This document shows, piece after piece, positions 10,816 through 19,977 of a stretch of DNA of 64,000 nt. A program made the position numbers and the translations under genes. This DNA comes from Candidatus Kaiserbacteria bacterium (GTDB lineage: Bacteria; Patescibacteriota; Minisyncoccia; Phycocordibacterales; JABAAK01). The stretch lies in the NCBI GenBank assembly GCA_026713605.1, contig JAPOOC010000007.1, positions 59,418 through 123,417 of the forward strand. Direction: 5' to 3'. Numbering within the stretch: position 1 is the first letter of the stretch; every line of letters begins with the position of its first letter. The notes beneath the pieces were generated by a model. That model searched no databases and had not been told where the DNA came from. It saw only the letters and a list, made by a program, of their open reading frames with translations.

Positions 10816-11637
10816 ATGACAAGTGCGCGCTTTCATGTTGCTGGGGGATTTACCTTGATTGAAGTATTGATTTCTGTTGCTATTATGGGGATTATTATAG
10901 GAATAGTATTTTTTAATTACGGAACTTTTACGAGTCGTTCACTGGTGCGAGTGCGGGCAACAGATTTGGGAGAATACATTCGATTCGCACAAGAGCAGGC
11001 GGGCGCAGCAGAGAGTTTTTCAACAAATACGGCACTGCCAACGGAAGGGTTTCAAGTGGTGCGATTGAAAGTGCGCGAAGGAGTACTGAAAAGCGTTCGG
11101 CTTGAAAAAGCACCAGGAGCATTCACAAGTTTTACAGAAGGGTCTAACTTCGCCTTAGGTCGGGACTCTATCGTGCCAGGATCAAGGCAGGTCGCACTAG
11201 AAACATCCGAACGGTACTTCATTGATGTGTGCTTTATTGATGAGGGGAACTCCCCGCAGTACACGCGAGAGCAAGTAACTTTGCAGGGCGATACAGGATG
11301 TGCAACCAATTCTATGTTGTGCAATGAGCCAAACCCGGTGGTAATAGGGTACAGTGCAGCACAGATAAAACGAAACAATTTTGATGCCCATTTTTCCGTT
11401 GAACAGCCAAGTCGAGAAGTACACACAAACATCATACCGGTAACGGTTTCCGGTGACAAAGAAACATACCAATATGCAGATACAAAACCGAACGGAGCAA
11501 CATCTCGGATGTCAGAAAAATATGAGGGAGTGCGTATTGTATTCATTACCGAAGAAGGGTACCGGCAAAGCATTGATGTGTTTCAAACAGGGCTGGTAGG
11601 ATTTCGGGCAACGGATTCAAGAGATGGATGTCAGTAG
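10816..11637 (+). CDS. Type IV pilin / pseudopilin-like protein
   Basis: Class III signal peptide: short basic leader then G-FTLIEVLISVAIMGIIIG (prepilin peptidase site and N-methylation motif). Confidence 0.7.
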   Translation: MTSARFHVAGGFTLIEVLISVAIMGIIIGIVFFNYGTFTSRSLVRVRATDLGEYIRFAQEQAGAAESFSTNTALPTEGFQVVRLKVREGVLKSVRLEKAPGAFTSFTEGSNFALGRDSIVPGSRQVALETSERYFIDVCFIDEGNSPQYTREQVTLQGDTGCATNSMLCNEPNPVVIGYSAAQIKRNNFDAHFSVEQPSREVHTNIIPVTVSGDKETYQYADTKPNGATSRMSEKYEGVRIVFITEEGYRQSIDVFQTGLVGFRATDSRDGCQ

Positions 11638-11699
11638 CAGGTGCCATCAACAAGTAAAAATAACCACTGGATGCCTTGCAAGGTTCTTACCTGAGTATA

Positions 11700-13622
11700 C
11701 TAAGAAGCAAAAATAACAGGAACGATAATGGGACGCTTCTTCATTTCTGAATAGAGGTAGTTTTGGGTCTCACGAACAAGATTTCGTTTAATGGCGTCCA
11801 AGTTTATCATTTTGTTGCGACGAAGGGATCGCTCCACAGAACGACGCGCTATCATACGAGACCGGTTAATGAGTGGCTGCGACTCTTTGAGGTACACAAA
11901 GCCACGAGAAATAATGTCAGGAGATTTTTTCACCTTTTTGAGCCGCTTATTGATAAGAACAATCACCACAAAAATACCCTCTTCTTTAAGGGTGATTCTG
12001 TCATTGAGGACAACATCTTGTGCGGTGCCGACAGCATTACCATCCACAACAACAACCTCTGTCGGCATAGTATAATCCTGCATCGTAATTGACTTACTGT
12101 CAGGACTGATATCCACAATAGATCCGTTGTTCGGAAGAATAATATTTTCTTCAGGCATACCAATATCACGAAGTATTTGGGCATGCGCAGAGAGCATAAA
12201 GTGGTAGCCGTGAATAGGAGTAAAAAATGTCGCATCAATATTCTCGTGGATCCACTTAAGTTCATCTCGGTTTGCATGCCCACTAGAGTGGACATCGCTG
12301 GTTTGGTAGGTAATAAGGTCAACACCAAGCTTAGAAAGACGATCTTTCAAATTCTGCACCGGCTCTTCATTGCCGGGAATAATTGAAGAGGAAAAAACAA
12401 CCGTGTCTCTGTTATCCAGCTTAAGATGCCGATGCGTGCCACGGGACATTCTGTCCATTGCAGTAAAATTGTCTCCCTGAGCACCAGTTGCAAGCACAAG
12501 AAGTTTCTCTTTCGGGTAATCCCCCATTTTTTCAACAGGAATAATGGCGGTGAGCGGAACTTTTAGCAGCCCCAACTCAGAAGCAATGGTGAGGTTGGTT
12601 ATCATTGACCTACCCTGCACTATCACTTTCCTGCCACTTTCAATAGCGTGCTCAATAATTCTGATAGTACGCTCTATCTGCGTTGAAAATGCGGAAAGAA
12701 TAACACGACCTTTGGTCTCTTTGATGATTTTACCAATGGTTTCCACCACGCGTTTCTCGGGGAGAGAAAAGCCAGGTCGCTCTGCGTTTGTTGAGTCCGC
12801 CATGGTGAGAAGAATATTTTTCTTCTTAATGGCGGCAAACTCCTTAACCTCCTCAGGGCCGACAACACCATCTTCGTGAGTAAGTTTAAGGTCACCAGTA
12901 AATACAATCGCGCCGAGCGGGGTATCTATAACAATACCCATTGCATCAGGGATGGTGTGGGTAACAGAAAAAAAAGTGAGGATAAGATTTTCACTAAGAG
13001 TGAGAACAGTGCTTTTCTCCACCTCGTGGTAAACGATGGGTTCCTTACTCTCAAATTCACTCTGTCTGTTTCTAATAAGTTCAATACTTAATTTCCGGGA
13101 AAAAATTGGAGGGTTACCAATTCTATTCAGAACAACTGATATACCGCCGATATGGTCAAGGTGGGCATGCGATATCACCAACCCTTTTATTTTTTCTTTT
13201 CGCTCCTCAAGGTATTGAATGTTTGGAACAATAAAATCAATACCGGGCGTGTCGTTCTGTGCAAACTTCATGCCACAATCAAGCAACAAAATTTCATCTT
13301 CATACTCAATACCATACATATTTTTCCCAATTTCTCCGACACCGCCAAAAAATAAAATACGGACAGCGTCTTTTTCCTGTCGCGGAATATTGAGTGTCGA
13401 CTCGGCATCGTAGTTGGTGGTGAGCTCACGCGACCCGATAAGTCCGCCTTGCCGTCGAAGTGGCTTTTGATAAAGTCCAGAGGAGACCTTTTGTTTTTTG
13501 ACATCACCTGATCCAGAGGTTTTTTTTGACGCACTCTTTTTGGAAGATGCCTTCTTGCCAGCACTGGTACGCTCGATCACTTTTTTAGTAGTTGTAGGTT
13601 TCTTTGTTTCTGCCATACGCAT
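11700..13622 (-). CDS. rnj: Ribonuclease J (metallo-beta-lactamase / beta-CASP), catalytically intact paralog
   Basis: HxHxDH motif VISHAHLDHIGG, downstream His/Asp motifs (SVTHTIPDA, FTGDLK), beta-CASP and C-terminal domain; basic Lys-rich N-terminal extension; 640 aa. Confidence 0.85.
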   Translation of the reverse strand: MRMAETKKPTTTKKVIERTSAGKKASSKKSASKKTSGSGDVKKQKVSSGLYQKPLRRQGGLIGSRELTTNYDAESTLNIPRQEKDAVRILFFGGVGEIGKNMYGIEYEDEILLLDCGMKFAQNDTPGIDFIVPNIQYLEERKEKIKGLVISHAHLDHIGGISVVLNRIGNPPIFSRKLSIELIRNRQSEFESKEPIVYHEVEKSTVLTLSENLILTFFSVTHTIPDAMGIVIDTPLGAIVFTGDLKLTHEDGVVGPEEVKEFAAIKKKNILLTMADSTNAERPGFSLPEKRVVETIGKIIKETKGRVILSAFSTQIERTIRIIEHAIESGRKVIVQGRSMITNLTIASELGLLKVPLTAIIPVEKMGDYPKEKLLVLATGAQGDNFTAMDRMSRGTHRHLKLDNRDTVVFSSSIIPGNEEPVQNLKDRLSKLGVDLITYQTSDVHSSGHANRDELKWIHENIDATFFTPIHGYHFMLSAHAQILRDIGMPEENIILPNNGSIVDISPDSKSITMQDYTMPTEVVVVDGNAVGTAQDVVLNDRITLKEEGIFVVIVLINKRLKKVKKSPDIISRGFVYLKESQPLINRSRMIARRSVERSLRRNKMINLDAIKRNLVRETQNYLYSEMKKRPIIVPVIFAS

Positions 13623-13634
13623 TATGTAATGTAA

Positions 13635-15416
13635 TTATTGGGTAAATATAACCGGAACAACAATCGGTCGCTTGTTGGTCTCATTTACCAAAAAGGTCTG
13701 CACCTCTTTTTGTATTGCCTTTTTCATCTTATCAATCTCAACCCTACCAGTTTCCTTCGCCTCTTTTTCAGCGGCTTTCTTGATAACGATACGGACACGG
13801 GCAATAAGGTCCTGTGACTCGCGTAAATAGATAAAGCCACGAGAAATAATGTCAGGAGATTTTTTAACCTCAAGGGTTTTTCGGTCAATAAAGACGATAA
13901 TAATAAAGATGCCTTCTTGTGAGAGAGTATTTCGGTCCTGCACGACAACATCCTGTACCGGAGAAAGAGTATGACCATCAACAGAGACGGCGGTAGTTTC
14001 CATTCGCTGCTTCTGTTTTTTAATAACCTTACCATCAGGGCTGACATCTATTATTGAACCATTTTCCGGCACAGCAAAAGAATCCTGCGACATGCCGAGT
14101 TCACGGAGTATGTGCGTATGTGCATTAAGCATGTAGTGATAACCTTGAACAGGGATGAAGAACTTCGCATTAAGAAGTTGGTGCATCCAGCGAAGCTCAC
14201 TCTTGTTGGCATGTCCGCTACCCTTAACATCGCTGGTATTGTACGATCGGGTAATCGCACCAAGGCGGGAAAGACGATCCTTAAGATTCTGTGTCGCTTG
14301 CGCATTCGCAGAAATCATCGGTGAAGGAAATATAATAGTATCTTTTGTGATAACAGAAGTGTGGCGGTAACTTTCACGAGATATGCTCTCCAACGCTTCA
14401 CAAATTTCATTTTCTTCAGCAGTAAAAGCAATAAACACCTCCTCAGAATCATCATCTTTTTTCATCTCCTGAATAGGAATAAGGGACTCCTTTGGCATTT
14501 GCATGATACCAAGTTCCGAGGCAGTTTGAAGGTTTTCCAAAAGCAACGCACCTTCCACATAAGTTTTTTTACCAGCCCGGAACGCTTTTTCCAATAGCAT
14601 TGCATTCCTCTTTATTTGAGACGGAAAGAGCGGTATCAGTACACGGTGCGGCGCTTCCTGCATCATCTGGTCAACCTCTTCAACTATCTCATGGTCGGTT
14701 ATGGCAAAGCCCGGGCGTTCTGATCCAACCGAATCAGCAAGAGAAAGAATAACATCTTTCTCTTTCGCCGCTTTGAACGCCTCCTCCTCTTCAGCACGAA
14801 TGATTTCCTTGTTGTGACTGACCTTAAGGTTGCCAGTATAAGCAATACAGCCAGAAGGGGTCTCTATAAGCACACCAAGCGTACTCGGCGCATTGTCGGC
14901 AATGCCAAAGAAGTGGAGGGTAACATCGTCGTTGACAACAACTGACTCCGCTTTTTCCACTTCGTGAAATGACACATGCAATGTTCCGCGGAGCGTATTC
15001 TGGTGGTTTTCTATAATGGCCTTAGTAAGTTTTCTGGTGTACAGCACAGGGTCTCCCAAAGCACGAGTAACATACGGAATAGCACCAATATGCTTCATAG
15101 AGGCATCTGTAACGATCAGCGCCTTGACATCTTGCTTCCTATCTTTGAGGTATTGGATATTCGGCATAACAGCATTGACACCAGGGGTGCTGCTCTCGCC
15201 GAACATAGTGCCACACTCCAATAGCACAATGGTGTTATTGTACTCAATGCCGTACATATTTTTGCCAATCTCTGATATGCCACCAAACACAAGCGTACGA
15301 ATCTCACCTTTGTTTGGTTTAGGAATAAATACTTTTTTTGGTTTTTTGGTGTCGACTGTTTTGCTTTTTATGTGTGACGGGCGTGATTGTCTGTAGTTTC
15401 TTTTTGGTATTGCCAT
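13635..15416 (-). CDS. Ribonuclease J paralog with degenerate catalytic motifs (probable pseudo-enzyme)
   Basis: Colinear with upstream RNase J but motif II is IVTDASMKHIGA (HxHxDH lost), and GIADNAPST / YTGNLK replace the His/Asp ligands; 593 aa. Confidence 0.8.
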   Translation of the reverse strand: MAIPKRNYRQSRPSHIKSKTVDTKKPKKVFIPKPNKGEIRTLVFGGISEIGKNMYGIEYNNTIVLLECGTMFGESSTPGVNAVMPNIQYLKDRKQDVKALIVTDASMKHIGAIPYVTRALGDPVLYTRKLTKAIIENHQNTLRGTLHVSFHEVEKAESVVVNDDVTLHFFGIADNAPSTLGVLIETPSGCIAYTGNLKVSHNKEIIRAEEEEAFKAAKEKDVILSLADSVGSERPGFAITDHEIVEEVDQMMQEAPHRVLIPLFPSQIKRNAMLLEKAFRAGKKTYVEGALLLENLQTASELGIMQMPKESLIPIQEMKKDDDSEEVFIAFTAEENEICEALESISRESYRHTSVITKDTIIFPSPMISANAQATQNLKDRLSRLGAITRSYNTSDVKGSGHANKSELRWMHQLLNAKFFIPVQGYHYMLNAHTHILRELGMSQDSFAVPENGSIIDVSPDGKVIKKQKQRMETTAVSVDGHTLSPVQDVVVQDRNTLSQEGIFIIIVFIDRKTLEVKKSPDIISRGFIYLRESQDLIARVRIVIKKAAEKEAKETGRVEIDKMKKAIQKEVQTFLVNETNKRPIVVPVIFTQ

Positions 15417-15430
15417 GAATCTGTAGTTAG

Positions 15431-17185
15431 TTAGTTCTCAACAAAAGGTTTCCACACTTTCTCTCGCTGTATATGCCACTTGTGCACATTGGTAAATCGA
15501 TCACTCGAATCCGTTATTCTGCCGAGTCGTCGCTGCCCTTTTTGCAAACCAACCCCTTCAACACGCTGCGGCAGTATATAGAGAAAGTGAGGCGAATAAA
15601 GAAAAATTGCCGGAACATTTTTCATCATCTCTACCTTGATAGCAGTATACACCATATCCCGCCAACTGTCATGAGGAGGTTGGGATAACTGCTCAAGAAA
15701 GCGCTGTGAGGGGGTTGATTGTTCAAGACCAGTAAGGAGGTCGTTAAGTATCGGACTTCCAAAGCTGGTGATTGAGGCAAGATTTTCCCGATCCCCAGAT
15801 TTCCACAAGGCAACCAAATCGTTCACCGTGTTGGCTTCATAACCATAGAGCATAGCATCAAATTCCTTTTTTTGTATAGTGTCGGAAACCTCTTTTTCTG
15901 TAATAGTATGTATCGTCACAGCAATGCCAAGTCGTCGCCATCCATCCGCAAGAATGTCCGCTATCTGTTGCGCCTCATCGATATTTGGAACAACAAAAGA
16001 GATCTTGAATGGGACGCCGTCTCGTTCACGGTATCCGGTGGCGGACTCAAATCTCCAGCCAATGTCTTCCAGTGTCTGCTTGATGTCTTCCAGCGGTACA
16101 ACCTGCTCTGGTAACATAACATCAGTTGGGAGAGGGTGTTGTATAGGGTTGGCATAGGTATGAAACACTTGGGAAATAATGGACTCCCGGGTAACCCACC
16201 GAGAAAGAACACTGCGAAGGAAAGAGTCCTGAAGGATCCGCCCGTCTTCGGCATTGAAGAATACACCAAAGACACGATTGGTGTTAGCGGTATGAAGTCG
16301 ACCCTGCTCTTCCTTTTTCTGTTTAAGAAGAGATCCCACTTCGCCACCAGCAATACCATAGACACTGTCTATGGTGCCAACTTCATATGCCCGGAGGAGG
16401 TCAACAACATCAACAAAAAAGTGCAGGGTAATTTTTTTAATAAAAGGTCTGCCAAGAACATAACTAGAAAACTCTTCCAAGGTTATGCTGGTGGGACGCT
16501 CGTCAAGAGTCACAGATTCCTGGCTGTACTTGTATGGTCCTGCACCGATGTGCACTCCTGACCCGTTGTAATTGCGCCGCTTGTCAGTCGGTATTTTTTT
16601 CCAGATGTGTTCAGGGAGAATGGGGATGGTAAATTGTCCAGGAAAATGGAGATTGCCTTCCGGAACAGTAACAATGAGTGTGATGTCATCCACCGCCTCA
16701 ACCGCAACGCCGACCCATGCTGCATGATGCGGACTCTTATATTTTTGCTCCTGTTGAAGCATGCCGACGGTATAAAGGACATCCGCTGTGGTTATGAGGG
16801 AGCCATCGTGAAACGATGCATGTTCTCTGAGTGTAAATAAGTATCGAGTCGGACTTTCTTGTTTCCACGACTGAGCAAGATGTGGAACGAAACCACCACT
16901 GAGATCACGCTGAAGCAAGCCAGCATGCATCAACGCCGCAATATCTTTCTCCGCAGCGTTATTTGCATAAAGAGGATTTTTATACACCGGCACACCAACA
17001 ACACCTTCATCAATTTCTCCGCGACGAATAGTTGTTTCATAGAGAAAGGTAGTGTTAAGGGCGGTAAGAAGAAACACAAGCTGGACAAAGAGAACACCCA
17101 TAAGGATGAGAATGATGCAGGCATCGGACGGAGGCAACTTTTTGTACATACCCGGATGAGGGCAAAATGATATGAACGACTTCAT
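15431..17185 (-). CDS. ABC transporter substrate-binding protein, family 5 (OppA/DppA-like), membrane-anchored
   Basis: SBP_bac_5 signature region (AQSWK...YLFTLREHASFHDGSLITTADVLYT); N-terminal TM; likely true start at the Met near 17149. Confidence 0.75.
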   Translation of the reverse strand: MKSFISFCPHPGMYKKLPPSDACIILILMGVLFVQLVFLLTALNTTFLYETTIRRGEIDEGVVGVPVYKNPLYANNAAEKDIAALMHAGLLQRDLSGGFVPHLAQSWKQESPTRYLFTLREHASFHDGSLITTADVLYTVGMLQQEQKYKSPHHAAWVGVAVEAVDDITLIVTVPEGNLHFPGQFTIPILPEHIWKKIPTDKRRNYNGSGVHIGAGPYKYSQESVTLDERPTSITLEEFSSYVLGRPFIKKITLHFFVDVVDLLRAYEVGTIDSVYGIAGGEVGSLLKQKKEEQGRLHTANTNRVFGVFFNAEDGRILQDSFLRSVLSRWVTRESIISQVFHTYANPIQHPLPTDVMLPEQVVPLEDIKQTLEDIGWRFESATGYRERDGVPFKISFVVPNIDEAQQIADILADGWRRLGIAVTIHTITEKEVSDTIQKKEFDAMLYGYEANTVNDLVALWKSGDRENLASITSFGSPILNDLLTGLEQSTPSQRFLEQLSQPPHDSWRDMVYTAIKVEMMKNVPAIFLYSPHFLYILPQRVEGVGLQKGQRRLGRITDSSDRFTNVHKWHIQREKVWKPFVEN

Positions 17186-17290
17186 TGTATTATAGTAAAT
17201 AAAAAAACCAACACATCATACTCTCTTGCAGTATACCGTGATTGTAAATCGGCTTGCATGAACTATAAACGGTATGTGGCAAGGTGTTGA

Positions 17291-17524
17291 CTAAATCGTT
17301 ACAAGTGGAAAAATAACGCTGGCGACAAAAAGTATCGCAATAACGAAAGTCGCTATAAACACTATTTTTTCTGAACCGCGTCGTTTCGCATTGCCGGTTT
17401 CAGAAATGTCACCACCACCAAACGCGCTACCAACATTAGCTTCACCTCGCTGCAGAAGGATGGCAATGATAAGTAAAATAGCACTGGTAACCTGTACCAC
17501 CTGGGTAATAAATTGAATACTCAT
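17291..17524 (-). CDS. secG: Preprotein translocase subunit SecG
   Basis: 77 aa, two TM helices flanking a Gly-rich loop (LLQRGEANVGSAFGGG), typical SecG. Confidence 0.7.
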   Translation of the reverse strand: MSIQFITQVVQVTSAILLIIAILLQRGEANVGSAFGGGDISETGNAKRRGSEKIVFIATFVIAILFVASVIFPLVTI

Positions 17525-17579
17525 AAGCGTAGATTATCCTCAGTATACCACAAAAGAAAATCAGACACCCAGATGCAAG

Positions 17580-17652
17580 AGCCATCTGCCGGATTTGAAC
17601 CGGCGACCTCTCCCTTACCATGGGAGTGCTCTACCGACTGAGCTAAGATGGC
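17580..17652 (-). tRNA. tRNA-Thr (anticodon GGU)
   Basis: Cloverleaf folds on reverse complement: acceptor GCCATCT/AGATGGC, anticodon loop AUGGUAA, T-loop TTCAAAT; CCA not encoded. Confidence 0.8.
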
Positions 17653-18372
17653 AATATGTGTAATTATAGTATACTCTGAAACAAGAAAAGGGATACGAGG
17701 GAGTACACAATAGCATTTGTAATCATAAGGTATTTGAAGAAGATAATAAAGAAGCCATCCAGTTTTCCACACAGCATTGTCAAAAGAACAATGTATGGTC
17801 TACTATATACAGTAGACAGGGAATGTATATTGCCTGAAGAAAAATTACAATTTCTAGGGAAGAAGCATTATGCAAACTTGAGGACTGCAAAAAGCAATCG
17901 TCAGTAAGGTGTAAATAGCTCTACCCAGAGGTAATAAAAAGGCACAAAAATAACCGCACGCATCTGCCATAACGCTGGCGCAACGCCAGATGGCAGAGCT
18001 TGGTTACCCTGCCAATTGATCCTTTGTGAGAAAAATATTTCTCACAAACTGTTCCTTAAAATTAACATTGTAAGAAAACTACAATGTAACACAACACACA
18101 CTACTGTTCAAAAGTACTTCCATGCACAAATGAGAAGTGCTCTAAGTAATTCAAACATCTTGAATTACAGCGTGGCCGAAAGCCACAAAAATGACAGCAA
18201 CAACAGAAGTGCTGTCTGTGGTCGAAAACCACCATGAAGGATGATCTGCTCGGGGCAGCAGCAATAGCATCCTTCTAAACACCACACTTTTTTCTTTTTT
18301 GAAAGAAAGCAAAGAGGGTGTTCTCATAACCCCTCGGTTAGACAAAGAGCGTTTTAATTTTTATATTACAAA

Positions 18373-18402
18373 CCTCGGTCAACCGAGGGGATATTATTTT
18401 TT
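18373..18402 (+). terminator. Candidate intrinsic terminator (CCTCGG-TCAA-CCGAGG plus U-rich tract) in the large intergenic region upstream of rpoD
   Basis: 6-bp GC stem followed by ATATTATTTTTT; an upstream CCCCTCGG (18340-18347) could pair alternatively with the 3' arm. Confidence 0.35.
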
Positions 18403-18604
18403 CAAACAATAGAATATTTTTTTGTCAATAATCGTAAAAAGCAAAGTATCAGATGAAAGAAAAGATTTTAAGCCGATAGGCAGAATAGGCAGAAAAAATG
18501 AGAAAATGTTTTCCAGAAGTTTTCCAGAAATGGCAGAGGTGTAAAAGAGGCGACATGATACAATAAAAACACAGTAATCGTAGCGATGCCTCCAAAAGAA
18601 AACA

Positions 18605-19951
18605 ATGAAAAAAAAGGTAAGTAAAAAAAGAAAATCAGCAGTTAAGCAGAAAGGGCGGATGGTAAAAAGACGCCCGGCGCGCAGTAAAAAGAAAAAGAGT
18701 GCCACCAAAAAAACAGGTCGAAAAACGCAACACACCAAACCGGTAGAAATACTCGAGGACTTGATTGACACCGCACAGCAGGAAAAAAATCTGTACAACT
18801 CAATTCCAGATAAGTACAAGAAAAAAATTAAAGCCATGGTCAACAAGTGTAAGAGCAAGGGATATGTCACATCAGAGGAAGTGTTAGAGTATGTCGGGCT
18901 AGAAGAGTGTGATAACACAGGTAATGTGTGGAGTTGCATTGAAGAAGTATTAAAAACAAGTTGTGTTGACTTGGTAGAAAACGAAGGGTTGTTACAGGAA
19001 GTTAACCTGGAATCAGACCCGCGATTCCCTGAATTTGATTCATCCTCATATGATTCTATACAAATGTATCTACGAGATATTGGAAGGTACCCATTGCTCA
19101 GCGCAAAAGAAGAACAAGAGCTCGGCAAGAAAATAATGGCGCGAAGGGACATACTGGAAAAGCGAGATAAAAAACGATTGACACCAGCAAAGGAAAGAAA
19201 GATTTTGAATGAAGGGCTGGAAGCGCGTAACAAACTGGCAACCGCTAACTTGCGATTAGTGGTTTCCATTGCAAAAAACTACGCCGGAAGAAGTCGGGAT
19301 CTAAGTTTGCTTGATCTAGTGCAGGAGGGATCAGAAGGGCTGTACAAAGCAGTTGATAAGTTTGAACCACAACGCGGATTCAAATTTTCAACCTATGCGA
19401 CATGGTGGATTAAACAATCAATTGTCCGAGGTTTGGCAGATAAGTCAAGAACAATTCGTATACCAGTACACATGTCTGAAACAACACAACGCTACCAAAA
19501 GGCGATGGTGCAGCTGGAAAAAGACCTAGGACGCACGCCAACAGTACAAGAGGTGGCAACCGAACTTGGCATTGACCCGGAAAAAGTATATATGATACGA
19601 AGAATATCACAGGACATTGTGCAGTTGGAACGACCGCTAGGCGGTAGCAACGATGAAGAGGGCAATACGCGCATATCTGACACCGTTGAAGATCACGATC
19701 AGGAAACACAGGAAAAAATGGTATCAAAGGACATCTTAAAAGATCAGATACAGGGCATCCTAAAAGATCTTTCGCCGCGAGAGCGGCAGGTAATAGAAAT
19801 GCGACACGGATTGGAGGATGGTATACAGCACACCTTAGAACAGATAGGGACAGAGCTCAAGGTAACCCGTGAGCGAGTGCGACAAATAGAATCCCGTGCA
19901 CTTGAAAAATTGCGAGCGCACACTGAAGTAAAAAAATTAGAGAGTTATTAA
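18605..19951 (+). CDS. rpoD: RNA polymerase sigma-70 factor RpoD
   Basis: Regions 1.2, 2 (YATWWIKQSI), 3, 4 (helix-turn-helix ELKVTRERVRQIE); Lys-rich N-terminal extension; 448 aa. Confidence 0.9.
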   Translation: MKKKVSKKRKSAVKQKGRMVKRRPARSKKKKSATKKTGRKTQHTKPVEILEDLIDTAQQEKNLYNSIPDKYKKKIKAMVNKCKSKGYVTSEEVLEYVGLEECDNTGNVWSCIEEVLKTSCVDLVENEGLLQEVNLESDPRFPEFDSSSYDSIQMYLRDIGRYPLLSAKEEQELGKKIMARRDILEKRDKKRLTPAKERKILNEGLEARNKLATANLRLVVSIAKNYAGRSRDLSLLDLVQEGSEGLYKAVDKFEPQRGFKFSTYATWWIKQSIVRGLADKSRTIRIPVHMSETTQRYQKAMVQLEKDLGRTPTVQEVATELGIDPEKVYMIRRISQDIVQLERPLGGSNDEEGNTRISDTVEDHDQETQEKMVSKDILKDQIQGILKDLSPRERQVIEMRHGLEDGIQHTLEQIGTELKVTRERVRQIESRALEKLRAHTEVKKLESY

Positions 19952-19977
19952 GGTGTACAGTAAACCTTGCATGGTCA

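Noticed and set aside
17653-18604. RNase P RNA, tmRNA or SRP RNA in the large intergenic gaps (17.6-18.6 kb and 38.3-38.9 kb)
   Set aside because: On either strand I found none of the signatures: GGAAAGTCCGGGC / ACAGAACCCGGCTTA for RNase P, a tRNA-like GGTTCGA..CC end with a tag ORF for tmRNA, or GGAAGG..AAGCAGCCAAGG for SRP. A covariance-model search would be needed to be sure.
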